Origin: Leucobacter soli
GTDB lineage: Bacteria > Actinomycetota > Actinomycetes > Actinomycetales > Microbacteriaceae
Direction: 5' to 3'
DNA length: 64,000 nucleotides
Assembly (NCBI GenBank): GCA_040392345.1
Contig: JBEBWI010000001.1
Span: forward strand, 19,181 to 83,180
Position numbers and translations under genes: made by a program. The first letter of the stretch is position 1. Each line of letters begins with the position of its first letter. The notes under the pieces are model-generated. The model was not told the origin of the DNA, did no database searches, and saw nothing but the letters and a program-made list of their open reading frames with translations. This document shows, in pieces, positions 9,154-19,292 of the stretch.

Positions 9154-10455
9154 TTGACCAGACCACTTCACTTCGGTTTCTTCAGTTCGTTCATGCCCCC
9201 CGCTTGGCACGCCGGTTCCGACAGGATGTTCGGCGACGATTGGCCGACGGGTGGCTACCACACCTGGCTTGCGCAACGGGTCGAGGAGGCAGGCTTCGAT
9301 TTCCTCTTCTTCGAGGACACCGCCGGGGTCTCTCGCAAGATCGGCGGCAGCATCGAGATGGACCTGCGCCATGTGCTCAGCGCCCCCAAGAACGACCCCG
9401 TCGCACTGATCACCTACCTCGCGGGCAAGACGGAGCGGCTCGGCCTCATCGCGACCGGTTCGACGACGCTCTACCCTCCGTTCCTGCTGGCGCGGCTCTA
9501 CTCCACCATCGACAGCCTCAGCAACGGGCGGGTCGGCTGGAACATCGTGACCTCGAGTGAAGACGAGGCCGCGCAGAACTTCGGGCTCGACGCGCTGCCC
9601 CCGACGAACGAGCGGTACGCGATCGCCGACGAGTTTCTCGAGGTCGTCACGAGCCTCTGGGACTCGTGGGATCCGGATGCCATCGTCAAAGATCTCGAGA
9701 ACAACATCTACACCGACCCCAGCAAGGTTCGTGAGATCAACCACGTCGGCGAGCATTTCAAGGTGCGCGGGCCGCTGAACACCTATCCCTCGCCTCAGCA
9801 TCGCCCCGTCTTCGCGCAGGCCGGTGGATCACCGCGTGGCCGGGAATTCGCAGCTCGTCACGCCGAGCTCATCATGTCGGTGACCGTCGGCGGCGTCGAC
9901 GAGATGAAGGAGTTCCGCGAGGACATGCACGCTCGAATGCGAGCCCTGGGCCGTGATCCACGCGAAGCGCGCATCGTCTACGCGCTGCACCCGTACATCT
10001 TCAACAACCCGGCGGAGCGGCGGGCTTCCATCACCGACAATCAGCTGATCCCCGTGCTCGGCAAGCACGGGGCGCATCTCGGGATCGATCTGCTCGAGTT
10101 CGACCTCGACAAGCCGCTGCCCCTCGACCTCGAGGTGAACGGCACGACGAGCATGTTCGAGTCGCTGAGGGAGAAAGCGCGTCGGGGCGTCTCGCTGCGC
10201 GAGGCCATCATCGATTTCCACTGGGGCCCCGACGATGTGGGCACTGCGGGCCCTGCCGCAGACGTCGCGCGCAACCTCATCGACACGATGGAGGAGGTCG
10301 GCGGCGACGGGTACATCTTCATGTGCACGCAGGACGCCAACCGTTCCGTACTCGACGGCGTGTTCGACGAACTGGTGCCCGAGTTGAAACGACTCGGCGC
10401 ATGGCGCACGGATTTCCCGGGCAAGACCTTCCGCGAGAACCTCCTCGCCTTCTAA
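9154..10455 (+). CDS. NtaA/DmoA/DszA-family FMNH2-dependent monooxygenase
   Basis: GFDFLFFED, GRVGWNIVTS, H.GEHFKVRGPLN, QAGGSPRGREFAARHAE; TTG start after AAGGAG. Confidence 0.9.
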   Translation: MTRPLHFGFFSSFMPPAWHAGSDRMFGDDWPTGGYHTWLAQRVEEAGFDFLFFEDTAGVSRKIGGSIEMDLRHVLSAPKNDPVALITYLAGKTERLGLIATGSTTLYPPFLLARLYSTIDSLSNGRVGWNIVTSSEDEAAQNFGLDALPPTNERYAIADEFLEVVTSLWDSWDPDAIVKDLENNIYTDPSKVREINHVGEHFKVRGPLNTYPSPQHRPVFAQAGGSPRGREFAARHAELIMSVTVGGVDEMKEFREDMHARMRALGRDPREARIVYALHPYIFNNPAERRASITDNQLIPVLGKHGAHLGIDLLEFDLDKPLPLDLEVNGTTSMFESLREKARRGVSLREAIIDFHWGPDDVGTAGPAADVARNLIDTMEEVGGDGYIFMCTQDANRSVLDGVFDELVPELKRLGAWRTDFPGKTFRENLLAF

Positions 10456-10534
10456 CTGCTGGGCCTGTGCGCAGACCGGGCGGCGATGCACCAGTCTGCA
10501 CGAGGCCGCCCTCGACCAAAGGATTTCGAATTTC

Positions 10535-11866
10535 ATGAGCGACAAGACCAACTCCGCAGCTGAACCGGTGGACGTGCTCATCGTCGGCGCCGGCTTCGCC
10601 GGACTCGCCGCAGCGCGCGACCTGACCCACAGCGGGAGGAGCGTCACGATACTGGAAGCGCGCGACCGGATCGGCGGGCGCACCTGGTACTCGGAGACCC
10701 GACTCGGCCGCAAGCTCGAGCTCGGCGGCGGCTTCGTGCATTGGAACCAGCCCCACGTCTGGTCGGACATGATCAAGTACGGGCTCGACCTGGAACCGGT
10801 TGAAGACATCGACACCGTGTACTGGATCGCCGGCGACACGCTGCACGAATCGCCCGTTGCCGAGTACAAGGCCCTGGTCGCCCCGGGTCAGGCGGCGCTC
10901 GCGGAGGGCGCGCTCCGCGCCTTTCCCCGCCCACACGAGCTGTTCCCGCTGACCGACGACGCCAAGGCGGCAGATGATGTCTCGGTACCGGAGAGAATCG
11001 CGCAGCTCGACCTCCCCGACGACGTCTCCGAACTGCTCCGAACGCATTGGACGCTTTCGTTCAGCGGGCTCACCGACGACGCCGCATGGTCGCAGATCTT
11101 GCATCACACCGCACTCGCCGGTGGGCTGTGGCAGATGCGCGCCGAGGCCGCGAACGCCTATGTGATCCGCCAGAGCACGCAGGCCTATGTCGATGCCCTT
11201 GCCGCCGACGGCGACGCGAACATCCTCCTGTCGACGGTGGTGAGCTCGATCACCCAGCACGACGGATACGTGACCGTTCGCACCGAGGGCGACGAGGAGT
11301 TCCAGGCCCTCGAGGTGCTGGTCACGATTCCACTCAACATCTTGAACTCGATCGAGTTCACGCCGCCGCTCTCCCGACAGAAGCGCGATGCCGCCGAGCG
11401 CGGGCAAGTCTCCACCGGGCTCAAGGTGTGGATGCGAGCACGGGGCGATGTCGGCCGCTTCATCGCCTTCGCTCCGGATTCCTCCCCGCTCACCATGACC
11501 GGCTACGAATACACGATCGATGGCGACGCCATCCTGATCGGGTTCGGCCCCCGTTCCGCAGATCTCGACATCAACGACGTTCGCGCCGTTGAAGCCGTTG
11601 TGCGGCAATGGCTGCCCGAGATCGAACTCGTCGAGGTGCAGGGGCATGACTGGACCGCCGACCCCTATTCGGGTGAGACTTGGTCGATGCTGCGCACCGG
11701 CCAACTCGATGATGTCGAAGAGCTGGCGCGCCCCGAAGGCCGTGTGCAGCTCATCGGCAGCGACTACGCCTTCGGCTGGAACGGCCATCTCGATGGTGCG
11801 CTCGAGACGGCTCGACGAGCAGTTCATCGAATCGTCACGGAATCTCCTCACGACAACGCAGAGTAG
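10535..11866 (+). CDS. Flavin monoamine oxidase family protein
   Basis: GAGFAG, EARDRIGGRT, ELGG.FVHWNQPHVW, GWNGHLDGALE. Confidence 0.9.
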   Translation: MSDKTNSAAEPVDVLIVGAGFAGLAAARDLTHSGRSVTILEARDRIGGRTWYSETRLGRKLELGGGFVHWNQPHVWSDMIKYGLDLEPVEDIDTVYWIAGDTLHESPVAEYKALVAPGQAALAEGALRAFPRPHELFPLTDDAKAADDVSVPERIAQLDLPDDVSELLRTHWTLSFSGLTDDAAWSQILHHTALAGGLWQMRAEAANAYVIRQSTQAYVDALAADGDANILLSTVVSSITQHDGYVTVRTEGDEEFQALEVLVTIPLNILNSIEFTPPLSRQKRDAAERGQVSTGLKVWMRARGDVGRFIAFAPDSSPLTMTGYEYTIDGDAILIGFGPRSADLDINDVRAVEAVVRQWLPEIELVEVQGHDWTADPYSGETWSMLRTGQLDDVEELARPEGRVQLIGSDYAFGWNGHLDGALETARRAVHRIVTESPHDNAE

Positions 11867-11918
11867 TACCGGGCACCAAACCAGCGTTCATTCACTTCAA
11901 CGACGAAGAGGGAACCAG

Positions 11919-13445
11919 ATGACCACGCAAGAGATCGGCAACACGTCCACCGGCTCGGGCTCGGGCTCGGGCTCGACGGCAGAATCGAGCAATGCCCACG
12001 TGAGCGCGCTGTCGCCCCGACGAAGATGGATCGCACTCGCCGTACTGCTTTCCGGCATCTTCATCGGGCTGGTTGATATGCAGTCGGCCAACCTTCTCAT
12101 CCCGGCGCTCACCGAGTCGTTCGGAGCTTCCAGCTCGACGCTCTCCTGGTTCATCGGCGGCTACACGCTCGCCTACGGAGTAGCGCTCGTACCCGCCGGG
12201 CGGCTCGGCGACCGCTACGGGCACAAGCTGATCTTCATCATCGGCCTCGGCGGATACGTCGTCACCTCGGCGAGCGCGGCGTTCGCGCAGGATCCCACGA
12301 CGCTCATCGTATTGCGCGTCGCCCACGGGCTCGCGGGCGGCATGGTGATCGCACCGGTCTTCGCCTACATCCAGCTGCTGTTCACCGGTCGGGCCCGAGT
12401 ACGAGCATTCGGGTTCTTCCTGGCGACCACGGGCGCCGGGTCTCTCATCGCGCCGTTCGTCGCGGCATGGTCGGTCGAGGGCCTCGGCAACGACCCGGGC
12501 TGGCGCCTCACCGTCGGTTCTTCGGCGATTCTCGGGTCGATCGCTCTGGCGCTCGCGTTCACCGCGCTCCCCCGCGTCAACAGCGCGGTCGAGGGCCGGT
12601 TCGACGCGCTGGGCATGATCCTGTTCGGCGTCGTCTTCGTCGCGCTCCTCCTTCCCCTCATACAGTCGGATTCGGGCAATCTGCCGGCATGGGCTCCGTG
12701 GAGCTTCGCCGCGTGCCTGGCGGCGGCCCTCCTGTTCGCCCTCTGGCAGTGGCGCATCGAGAAGCACGGCGGGCTTCCGCTCTTGCGTCTCAGCCTGTTC
12801 AAGCTCCCCGAGTTCAGCTTCGGCCTCATCACCCTGGTGCTCGCCTTCGCGAGCTTCACCGCGTCGATCTTCATCGCCCTGACCACGCTCTGGGTCTGGG
12901 GGTTCGGGAACAGCGAGAGCTCCGCCGCACTCCTCCTCCTGCCGCTCTCCCTCGGCGGGGTCATCGGCGGCCTGCTCGCCGACCGGTTCCAGGCGCTCGT
13001 CGGCCGGTTCGCCGTGACGCTTTCGCTCGTCATACTGAGCCTCGGCAACACCGCGATCTGGCTCCTGGCGCAGGTGCCGGAGGTGAGCATGACGGCGTTC
13101 GCAGTGCCGTTCCTCGTCGCCGGCGCAGCTTCGGGTCTCTTCTTCGGCCCGATCAACGCATCGCTGCTCGCCCGCGTGCCCGAGATCGACGCGGGAAGCG
13201 CGGGCGGAGCCTCGGTCACACTGCAGCGCGTCGGCTCCGCGCTCGGCTCCTCGGTGGTCTTCATCGTGCTGATGATCCGCCCCGGTGTGAGCCCCGATGA
13301 GTTCGCACCGGAGGACTGGGTGGCCACCTCCATCAACGCGCTGCAGGTGCTCATGGTGTTCTCCGTCGCGGCGCTCGTGCTGAGCCTCGTGATCGACTAC
13401 CTGACCCGCAACGAGACAGCGGTGCGAGAAGCTCTCAAGAAGTGA
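11919..13445 (+). CDS. 14-TM MFS transporter (DHA2-like)
   Basis: GRLGDRYGHK motif A and many hydrophobic helices. Confidence 0.9.
   Translation: MTTQEIGNTSTGSGSGSGSTAESSNAHVSALSPRRRWIALAVLLSGIFIGLVDMQSANLLIPALTESFGASSSTLSWFIGGYTLAYGVALVPAGRLGDRYGHKLIFIIGLGGYVVTSASAAFAQDPTTLIVLRVAHGLAGGMVIAPVFAYIQLLFTGRARVRAFGFFLATTGAGSLIAPFVAAWSVEGLGNDPGWRLTVGSSAILGSIALALAFTALPRVNSAVEGRFDALGMILFGVVFVALLLPLIQSDSGNLPAWAPWSFAACLAAALLFALWQWRIEKHGGLPLLRLSLFKLPEFSFGLITLVLAFASFTASIFIALTTLWVWGFGNSESSAALLLLPLSLGGVIGGLLADRFQALVGRFAVTLSLVILSLGNTAIWLLAQVPEVSMTAFAVPFLVAGAASGLFFGPINASLLARVPEIDAGSAGGASVTLQRVGSALGSSVVFIVLMIRPGVSPDEFAPEDWVATSINALQVLMVFSVAALVLSLVIDYLTRNETAVREALKK
11952..11975 (+). repeat. (GGCTCG)4 in-frame microsatellite encoding GSGSGSGS
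   Basis: Four exact hexamer copies. Confidence 0.8.
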
Positions 13446-13569
13446 CTCCGCAGAGATGATTCAGACCAGCAGGGGCTCGGTGCGCGGAGCTCGCAGGCCC
13501 CGCGCTTCGAAGCACCCGATCGACTCCGATGCCCGATTTCCCACCTCTTCCCAGACGCAGGAGCATGAC

Positions 13570-14151
13570 ATGACCGTTCGAATCGGCGTAATCGTCGGCA
13601 GCACACGACCCGGGCGCAAGGCCCTCGATGTGGCGCGTTGGGTGCACGCGCTCGGGAACGACCGCACCGATGCGGAGTTCGAACTCGTCGACATCGCGGA
13701 CTTCAACCTTCCCAACTTCGACGAGTCGGGAGTTCCTTCATTCGGCGGAGGCTACGAGAAGCCGCACACCATCGCCTGGGCCGCAGAGATCGCACGATTC
13801 GACGGCTTCATCTTCGTGACCCCCGAGTACAACCACTCGGTTCCGGGCGCGCTCAAGAACGCGATCGACTTCCTGAATCCCGAGTGGAACAACAAGGCCG
13901 CGGCCTTCGTCAGCTACGGAGGCAGTGCCGGGGGCGCTCGCGCGATCGAGCATCTCCGCCTCATCCTCGCCGAGGTGCAAATGGCGACGGTGCGCACGAA
14001 CATCGTGCTCCCGTTCGCATCCGAGTTCGCACCCGGCCTCACAGATTTCACTCCGGGCGACTACCAGTTGCCGTTCGTCAGCCAGATGTTCGACCAAGTG
14101 ATCGCATGGTCTGGCGCGCTGAAACAGCTTCGAGTCGCCGCCAACGCGTGA
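13570..14151 (+). CDS. NAD(P)H-dependent FMN reductase
   Basis: GSTRPGR, TPEYNHSVPGALKNAID. Confidence 0.92.
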   Translation: MTVRIGVIVGSTRPGRKALDVARWVHALGNDRTDAEFELVDIADFNLPNFDESGVPSFGGGYEKPHTIAWAAEIARFDGFIFVTPEYNHSVPGALKNAIDFLNPEWNNKAAAFVSYGGSAGGARAIEHLRLILAEVQMATVRTNIVLPFASEFAPGLTDFTPGDYQLPFVSQMFDQVIAWSGALKQLRVAANA

Positions 14152-14232
14152 CGCAGGGCCGCGAAGGCGTGGCGCGATGCTGTCGTCGCGCGATCCACTC
14201 GTGATCGTTCGCGGTGGGAACCGCCGCTCTGC

Positions 14233-14853
14233 TCAGGCCGAAAGGGATTCGGCGTGCGCCAGCACCAGGTGCCTGAGCAGGCGGCGGGACCCGGCGACCT
14301 GCCTGTCGGTGATCTCGGCCCAGTCGGAGCCGAACACCACGCGCTGGTAGAGGATCCCGTCACCCATCGCCACTACGGCGTCGACGAGCTCATCGATATC
14401 GCCGGCGACGCCGGCTTCGATCAGCACGCTGCGGACGCGAGCGCGGTAGACATCCTGGTTCCTCCGCACGATCGCCGCGAGGCCGGGATTCGTGCGAGAG
14501 GAGACGTAGACCTCGGTGAGGAACACCGGCAGATCGGGAATCTCGTCCATCATCGCGGTGAAGTGCATCAGCAGATCCTCGACGCGCGGCACCTCGGCCA
14601 TGTAGGTCTGCGACTGCTCCACGCACCACTCGAGCGCCGCCTCGAGCAGCGCGAGCAGGTTCGGGAAGTGATGTCGGAGGCTGCCTTGGCTGACGCCCGC
14701 CTCGGCCGTGACGGAGCGATAGGTGAGCTTGGAAAGACCGTCACGTGCGACGAGCCGTACCGCGGCCTCCACCAGGGCCTGACGGCCGTGTCCGTAGGGC
14801 AGCCGAGCCGACTCCTCAGATGCCGAAACGGATTCCGATCTCATCTCTGACAC
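14233..14853 (-). CDS. TetR-family regulator
   Basis: N-terminal HTH LTYRSVTAEAGVSQGSLRHHF. Confidence 0.9.
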   Translation of the reverse strand: MSEMRSESVSASEESARLPYGHGRQALVEAAVRLVARDGLSKLTYRSVTAEAGVSQGSLRHHFPNLLALLEAALEWCVEQSQTYMAEVPRVEDLLMHFTAMMDEIPDLPVFLTEVYVSSRTNPGLAAIVRRNQDVYRARVRSVLIEAGVAGDIDELVDAVVAMGDGILYQRVVFGSDWAEITDRQVAGSRRLLRHLVLAHAESLSA

Positions 14854-14970
14854 CTGTGTTCGCCTGCCTTTTCTCGGTTCACCTCTCGATGGTGCACCCC
14901 TCGACGCTCGCCCATTCGTCGGCCTCTACTCGAGTGCGGTGCAGAACAATAGTATCCACTTTCACCCGAA

Positions 14971-14992
14971 AACCATTGCATCTGCATGGTTT
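14971..14992. promoter_or_regulatory. Operator copy 4 upstream of tetR (AACCATTGCA-TC-TGCATGGTTT)
   Basis: Palindrome matching the copies at 8.4-9.0 kb. Confidence 0.65.
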
Positions 14993-15285
14993 CATCGCAC
15001 GGAAAGACACACGGCCCCTCAGGAAGAAAGACTGGATCCGCCGCCGGCGAAGCCGACAGATGGGCAGTAGCCGCCCCATTTGCGAATCGCCCGCACGTTC
15101 GGCAGGGCGACGCCGAGCCGACAGAACCGGGGGTACCGGGGGAAATCGCGAATGTGGCAGTAGTGGCCCGAAACGTCGAGGGTTCAGGGCGACTACTGCC
15201 ACATTGCGGTCACGTCACACAGCCATCCAGCCATCCAGCCAGCCGGCCAACCGGCCATTCAGGCGAACGGTCAGACGGCCGAAGT

Positions 15286-16314
15286 CTACGTTCCGGCCTT
15301 GTGGCGCCGCCCCAGGTAGGTCGACAGCCCGACCGCAGCCAGCAGTGCCAGCCCGTTGAACACGTTCGACGCCCAGCCGCTCGCGCCCGAGAGCGTGAGC
15401 CCGCTCACCGAGATCGACACGAACACTGCGCCGATGATGGTGCCGATGACGTTGAAGAAGCCCGGGCGGATCGCGGTCGCGCCGAGGAACACGGCGGCGA
15501 GCGCCGGGAACAGCAGCGAGTTGCCGTCGGAGGCGGTGCCGCTGCCGGTGCGCGACAGCGCGATCACTCCGGCGAGGCCGGCGATGGTGCCCGCCACGAT
15601 GAAGCTCCACCAGACGTTCTTCGTCACCGGAAGGCCGACGAGCTTCGCCGCCGTCGCATTCGAGCCGATCGCGTAGAGCGAGCGCCCGAAGGGCGTGTGG
15701 GTGAAGAAGTACCAGGCGATGGCCGCGACGGCGAGCGTGATGAAGAACACCATCGGGATCCCGAAGAACCGCGAGGAGCCGAAGCGTATGAGCGCCGGAT
15801 CGACGCCGCTGATGATCGACTGGCCTCCCGTGTACCAGATCATGAGACCCGAGATCAGCATCGCCATGCCGAGCGTCGTGACGAATGGACTCATGCCGAG
15901 CTTCGTGACGAAGAACCCGTTCACGACCCCGACGAGCATGCCGACGAGGACGCAGATGATGATCACGAGCCACAGCGGAAGCCCGGCCTTGGCCATGAGG
16001 CCGGCGCAGAGCACCTGGCTCATCGCGGCGGTGGCGCCGAGCGAGAAGTCGAAGTAGCCGCAGACGAGCGGGAAGAGCGCTGCGACCGCGACGAGCGCGA
16101 TCACGGCCTGACTGCCGAGGATCACGTTCACATTGTTCATCGTGGGGAACGCGCGCGACGACAGCGGGAAGAGCGCGAAGAAGACGAAGACGATGACCGT
16201 CAGCGCCGGCAACGCGTACGCTTCGAGCAGCTTGAGCCAGGTCGAGCGGCGAGGCAGGGCGATGGAGACGGTGTTCGTCGTCGTGGGTGGCGGTGGGGTT
16301 ATGGTATTGGTCAT
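15286..16314 (-). CDS. RbsC-type sugar ABC permease
   Basis: DFSLGA, PFVTTLG, GRSLYAIGSN. Confidence 0.92.
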   Translation of the reverse strand: MTNTITPPPPTTTNTVSIALPRRSTWLKLLEAYALPALTVIVFVFFALFPLSSRAFPTMNNVNVILGSQAVIALVAVAALFPLVCGYFDFSLGATAAMSQVLCAGLMAKAGLPLWLVIIICVLVGMLVGVVNGFFVTKLGMSPFVTTLGMAMLISGLMIWYTGGQSIISGVDPALIRFGSSRFFGIPMVFFITLAVAAIAWYFFTHTPFGRSLYAIGSNATAAKLVGLPVTKNVWWSFIVAGTIAGLAGVIALSRTGSGTASDGNSLLFPALAAVFLGATAIRPGFFNVIGTIIGAVFVSISVSGLTLSGASGWASNVFNGLALLAAVGLSTYLGRRHKAGT

Positions 16315-17912
16315 TGCTGCGTCTCCGTAGTCGCATCTTGAATGGTTTTTTCTCGCAGCACGAGGCTGGTGAGCTCGTCGACATCGAGGTCGAAGGCGTT
16401 CACCTCATCTGAGATCTTGCCGCGGCTGAGCACGAGGGCGCGGTCGCAGAGGGCGTGGATCTCGCTGAGGTCGCTCGAGGCCACGATCACCGCGCAGCCG
16501 TCGGCGGCTGCGCTACGGATGACTTCGTAGATGTCGGCTCGGCTCATCACGTCGACGCCCTGGGTGGGCTCGTCGAGCAGGAGGAGCTTCGGGTGCCGCT
16601 GCATCCAGCGAGCGATCACCACCTTCTGCTGGTTGCCTCCCGACATCGACGAGAAGAGGGCCTCGGGGCCCGCGACCTTCACCCCGAACGAGTCGATGAG
16701 TTCTTCGGCCTTCCGGCGCTCTCGCCCGCGCGGCATGAGACCCGCGGTCCAGTTCTCGGTGAGCGTCGCGAGCGCGAGGTTCTCGGAGACCGTCTGGTCG
16801 GCGAATGCCGCCTCGCTCCCGCGATCCTCGGGCACCAGGGCGACCCCGGCCGTCATCGCATCGCCGATCGATGCCGGCGCGTAGGGGGTGCCCGCGAAGT
16901 CCATCGTTCCGCTCGTCGGCGCGTGCTCGCCGAAGATCATCTTGAGGATGCTCGAGCGACCGGAACCGACGAGGCCGGCGAGCCCGAGGATCTCGCCCCG
17001 GTGCACGGTGAAGTCGACACCTCGGATCGGGCCGCCGCGCAGGCCGGAGACGCTGAAAACGGGTTCGCGCTCCGTCTTCACCGCTTCGCCCGTGGGCCGC
17101 AGTGCTTTGACGAGCCCGCCGGCCATGATCTCGATGAGCTCGTCCTCTGAGGGGGTGCGCTCGACGATGGTGCCGGCGACTCGGCCGTCGCGGTACACCG
17201 TGAAGTCGTCGGCGACGGCGAGCACCTCTCGCAGGCGGTGGCTCACGATGATGACGGTCTGCCCGAGTTCGGCGCGGCGCCGCACGCGCTCGAGCAGCAG
17301 CTCGGACTCGTGCGCCGCGAGCCGCGCGGTCGGCTCATCGAGCACGAGAAGGCGCTGACCGGGCTCATCCTGATCCTGGAGCGCGCGAGCGATCGCGACC
17401 ATGGTCTGATCGGAGGGGCGGAGGTTGCGCACGGGGGTCTGCGGGTCGTGATTCAACTCGTACTGCGCGAGCAAGCCCGCCACGTGGGTGCGAAGGCGGC
17501 GCCAGTCGATGCCACCGGCGCGACGCGGATAGCCGTTGTCGAGGGCGAAGTTCTCTTCGATGGAGAGGTCTTCGAACAACCCGAGATCCTGATGCACGAA
17601 GCGCAGCCCGGCTTCCTGCGCGGTCGCCGGGGAGAAGCCCGAAAGGTCGTAACTCCGACCGAAGACCTCGACCTCACCCTGATCCGCGGTGTAGACACCC
17701 GCGAGGATCTTGATGGTGGTGCTCTTGCCCGAGCCGTTGCCTCCGAGCAGTGCGTGCACCGTGCCGCTGCGCACGTCGAGCGACACGTTGTTGAGCGCGC
17801 GGGTGCCCGCGAAGCTCTTGCTGAGGTGCTGGATGCTCAGGGCACGAGCCCCGCCCTGGGGCGGCGAGCCTGTGCTCGCCACCCCAGGGCTGGTGTTCGA
17901 AACGTGGGTCAC
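16311..17912 (-). CDS. RbsA-type two-domain ABC ATPase
   Basis: GGNGSGKST, MSGGNQQK, LLLDEPT. Confidence 0.93.
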   Translation of the reverse strand: MTHVSNTSPGVASTGSPPQGGARALSIQHLSKSFAGTRALNNVSLDVRSGTVHALLGGNGSGKSTTIKILAGVYTADQGEVEVFGRSYDLSGFSPATAQEAGLRFVHQDLGLFEDLSIEENFALDNGYPRRAGGIDWRRLRTHVAGLLAQYELNHDPQTPVRNLRPSDQTMVAIARALQDQDEPGQRLLVLDEPTARLAAHESELLLERVRRRAELGQTVIIVSHRLREVLAVADDFTVYRDGRVAGTIVERTPSEDELIEIMAGGLVKALRPTGEAVKTEREPVFSVSGLRGGPIRGVDFTVHRGEILGLAGLVGSGRSSILKMIFGEHAPTSGTMDFAGTPYAPASIGDAMTAGVALVPEDRGSEAAFADQTVSENLALATLTENWTAGLMPRGRERRKAEELIDSFGVKVAGPEALFSSMSGGNQQKVVIARWMQRHPKLLLLDEPTQGVDVMSRADIYEVIRSAAADGCAVIVASSDLSEIHALCDRALVLSRGKISDEVNAFDLDVDELTSLVLREKTIQDATTETQQ

Positions 17913-19058
17913 TTACTTACCCCACGACTCGAGGAACGCCGCACGGAAGTCGATGGACCCCTCGTACCCGCCCGATGCCGGCATGTTGTGATCGGCGTCG
18001 ATCACCTGGATCGACTGCCCGATGTAGGCGGCCTCCTGACCGTTGCGGATGCGGATGGCGGTGTCGATCGAGCCCCAGGCCTCCCAGTCCGTGCCGAGCG
18101 CGACCGTGGCGGTGATGCCGGGCTGGCCGTTGCGGATCATGTCGATCGCGCCCTCGCTGCCGAACGCACCGATCACGGTGAGCTGGTCGGCGAAGCCGGC
18201 CTGCTCGATCGCGGTGGCGAGACCGGTGACCAGGTAGCCGTCGGTCGGCACGATCAGCGTGTTGGCGTCGGGGTTGGCGAGCAGTGCGCTCGTGACCTTC
18301 TGCAGGTAGGAGTTGTCTGCGGTCTCGGGGTCGGAGATGTCGACGACCTCGAGGATCTCCCCGCCGCCGAGCGCGTCCAGCTGCGTTTCAAAGCTCTCGG
18401 TGATCCACGGGCCCCACACGTTCGTGGTGCTGTTGATGACGACCGCCTTCACCTCGCCGTCGTTCTTGCCGTAGGCGTAATCGGCCATCAGGCCGCCGAA
18501 GGTGTAGAAGAACGGAGGCATATCGGGCAGCCAGAGCCGCTCCGAATCCCAGACCTTCGGGTCGCAGTCGTCGACGCCGCCGCCACCGATGATGGTGACG
18601 CCCGCAGCGGCCGCTTCCTGGAAGGCCGCAGCTGCAGCGCCGCAGCCGATGCCGACGGGAACGAGCACGTCGGCGCCACCGGCGATCGCCTGGCGGATCG
18701 CGGTCGCGAAACCCTCGGGGTTGAGCTTGCCGTCGACGAGGTTGGCGTTCCAGCCCGCCGCTTCGGCAGCCTCGAGCATGGCCGCAGCCGGGGCGGCGCA
18801 CGTCGGGTTCTGCTCACCGCACGACATCACGTAGAAGGTCAGACCGTCCTCGACCTCCGTTGCCTCGAGGTCGCTCAGATCGGAGCCGACACCCGCGAAT
18901 GCGCGATCGAGCGCCTCCTCCGCCGAAGCGCTGATCGAGTTGTTGCTGCCGGAATCCTCCGCAGTGGTCGAATCGTCGGTGCCGCCGCTGCAGCTGGTGA
19001 GAGCGAGCGCGGCGAGCAGCATCGCAGAGATCGATGCCACGGCCTTTGTCTTGATCAC
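17913..19058 (-). CDS. Sugar-type ABC substrate-binding lipoprotein
   Basis: Signal peptide with LTSC lipobox; upstream of ATPase and permease. Confidence 0.88.
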   Translation of the reverse strand: MIKTKAVASISAMLLAALALTSCSGGTDDSTTAEDSGSNNSISASAEEALDRAFAGVGSDLSDLEATEVEDGLTFYVMSCGEQNPTCAAPAAAMLEAAEAAGWNANLVDGKLNPEGFATAIRQAIAGGADVLVPVGIGCGAAAAAFQEAAAAGVTIIGGGGVDDCDPKVWDSERLWLPDMPPFFYTFGGLMADYAYGKNDGEVKAVVINSTTNVWGPWITESFETQLDALGGGEILEVVDISDPETADNSYLQKVTSALLANPDANTLIVPTDGYLVTGLATAIEQAGFADQLTVIGAFGSEGAIDMIRNGQPGITATVALGTDWEAWGSIDTAIRIRNGQEAAYIGQSIQVIDADHNMPASGGYEGSIDFRAAFLESWGK

Positions 19059-19292
19059 AACTTGCCTCCTGTTGTCGACGACAGCGCTGCGATCGGTTCG
19101 GCCGCGCTGCCGTATGGCTCCGGTGCGGGAGCCGTGCCATTAGTCAAGACGCTCACGCCCCACCTTGACCAGCATGGCACGACGATGGAAGCCATCGACG
19201 CAACGCATGTGTGGCAACACCGCCATTCATAGATGCCTGCCATCGCGTTCGCGGGTATGCCTGCATCTGCCGCGCCGGTTAGCTTGGGTGGC

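Noticed and set aside
10535-11866. Nicotine degradation cluster (amine oxidase, 6-HDNO-like oxidase, SMR pair, gabD)
   Set aside because: No nicotine dehydrogenase or other pyridine-pathway genes; matches are family-level only and the genes are scattered
11952-11975. (GGCTCG)4 as a phase-variation switch
   Set aside because: A 6-nt unit keeps the frame and only lengthens a Gly-Ser tail
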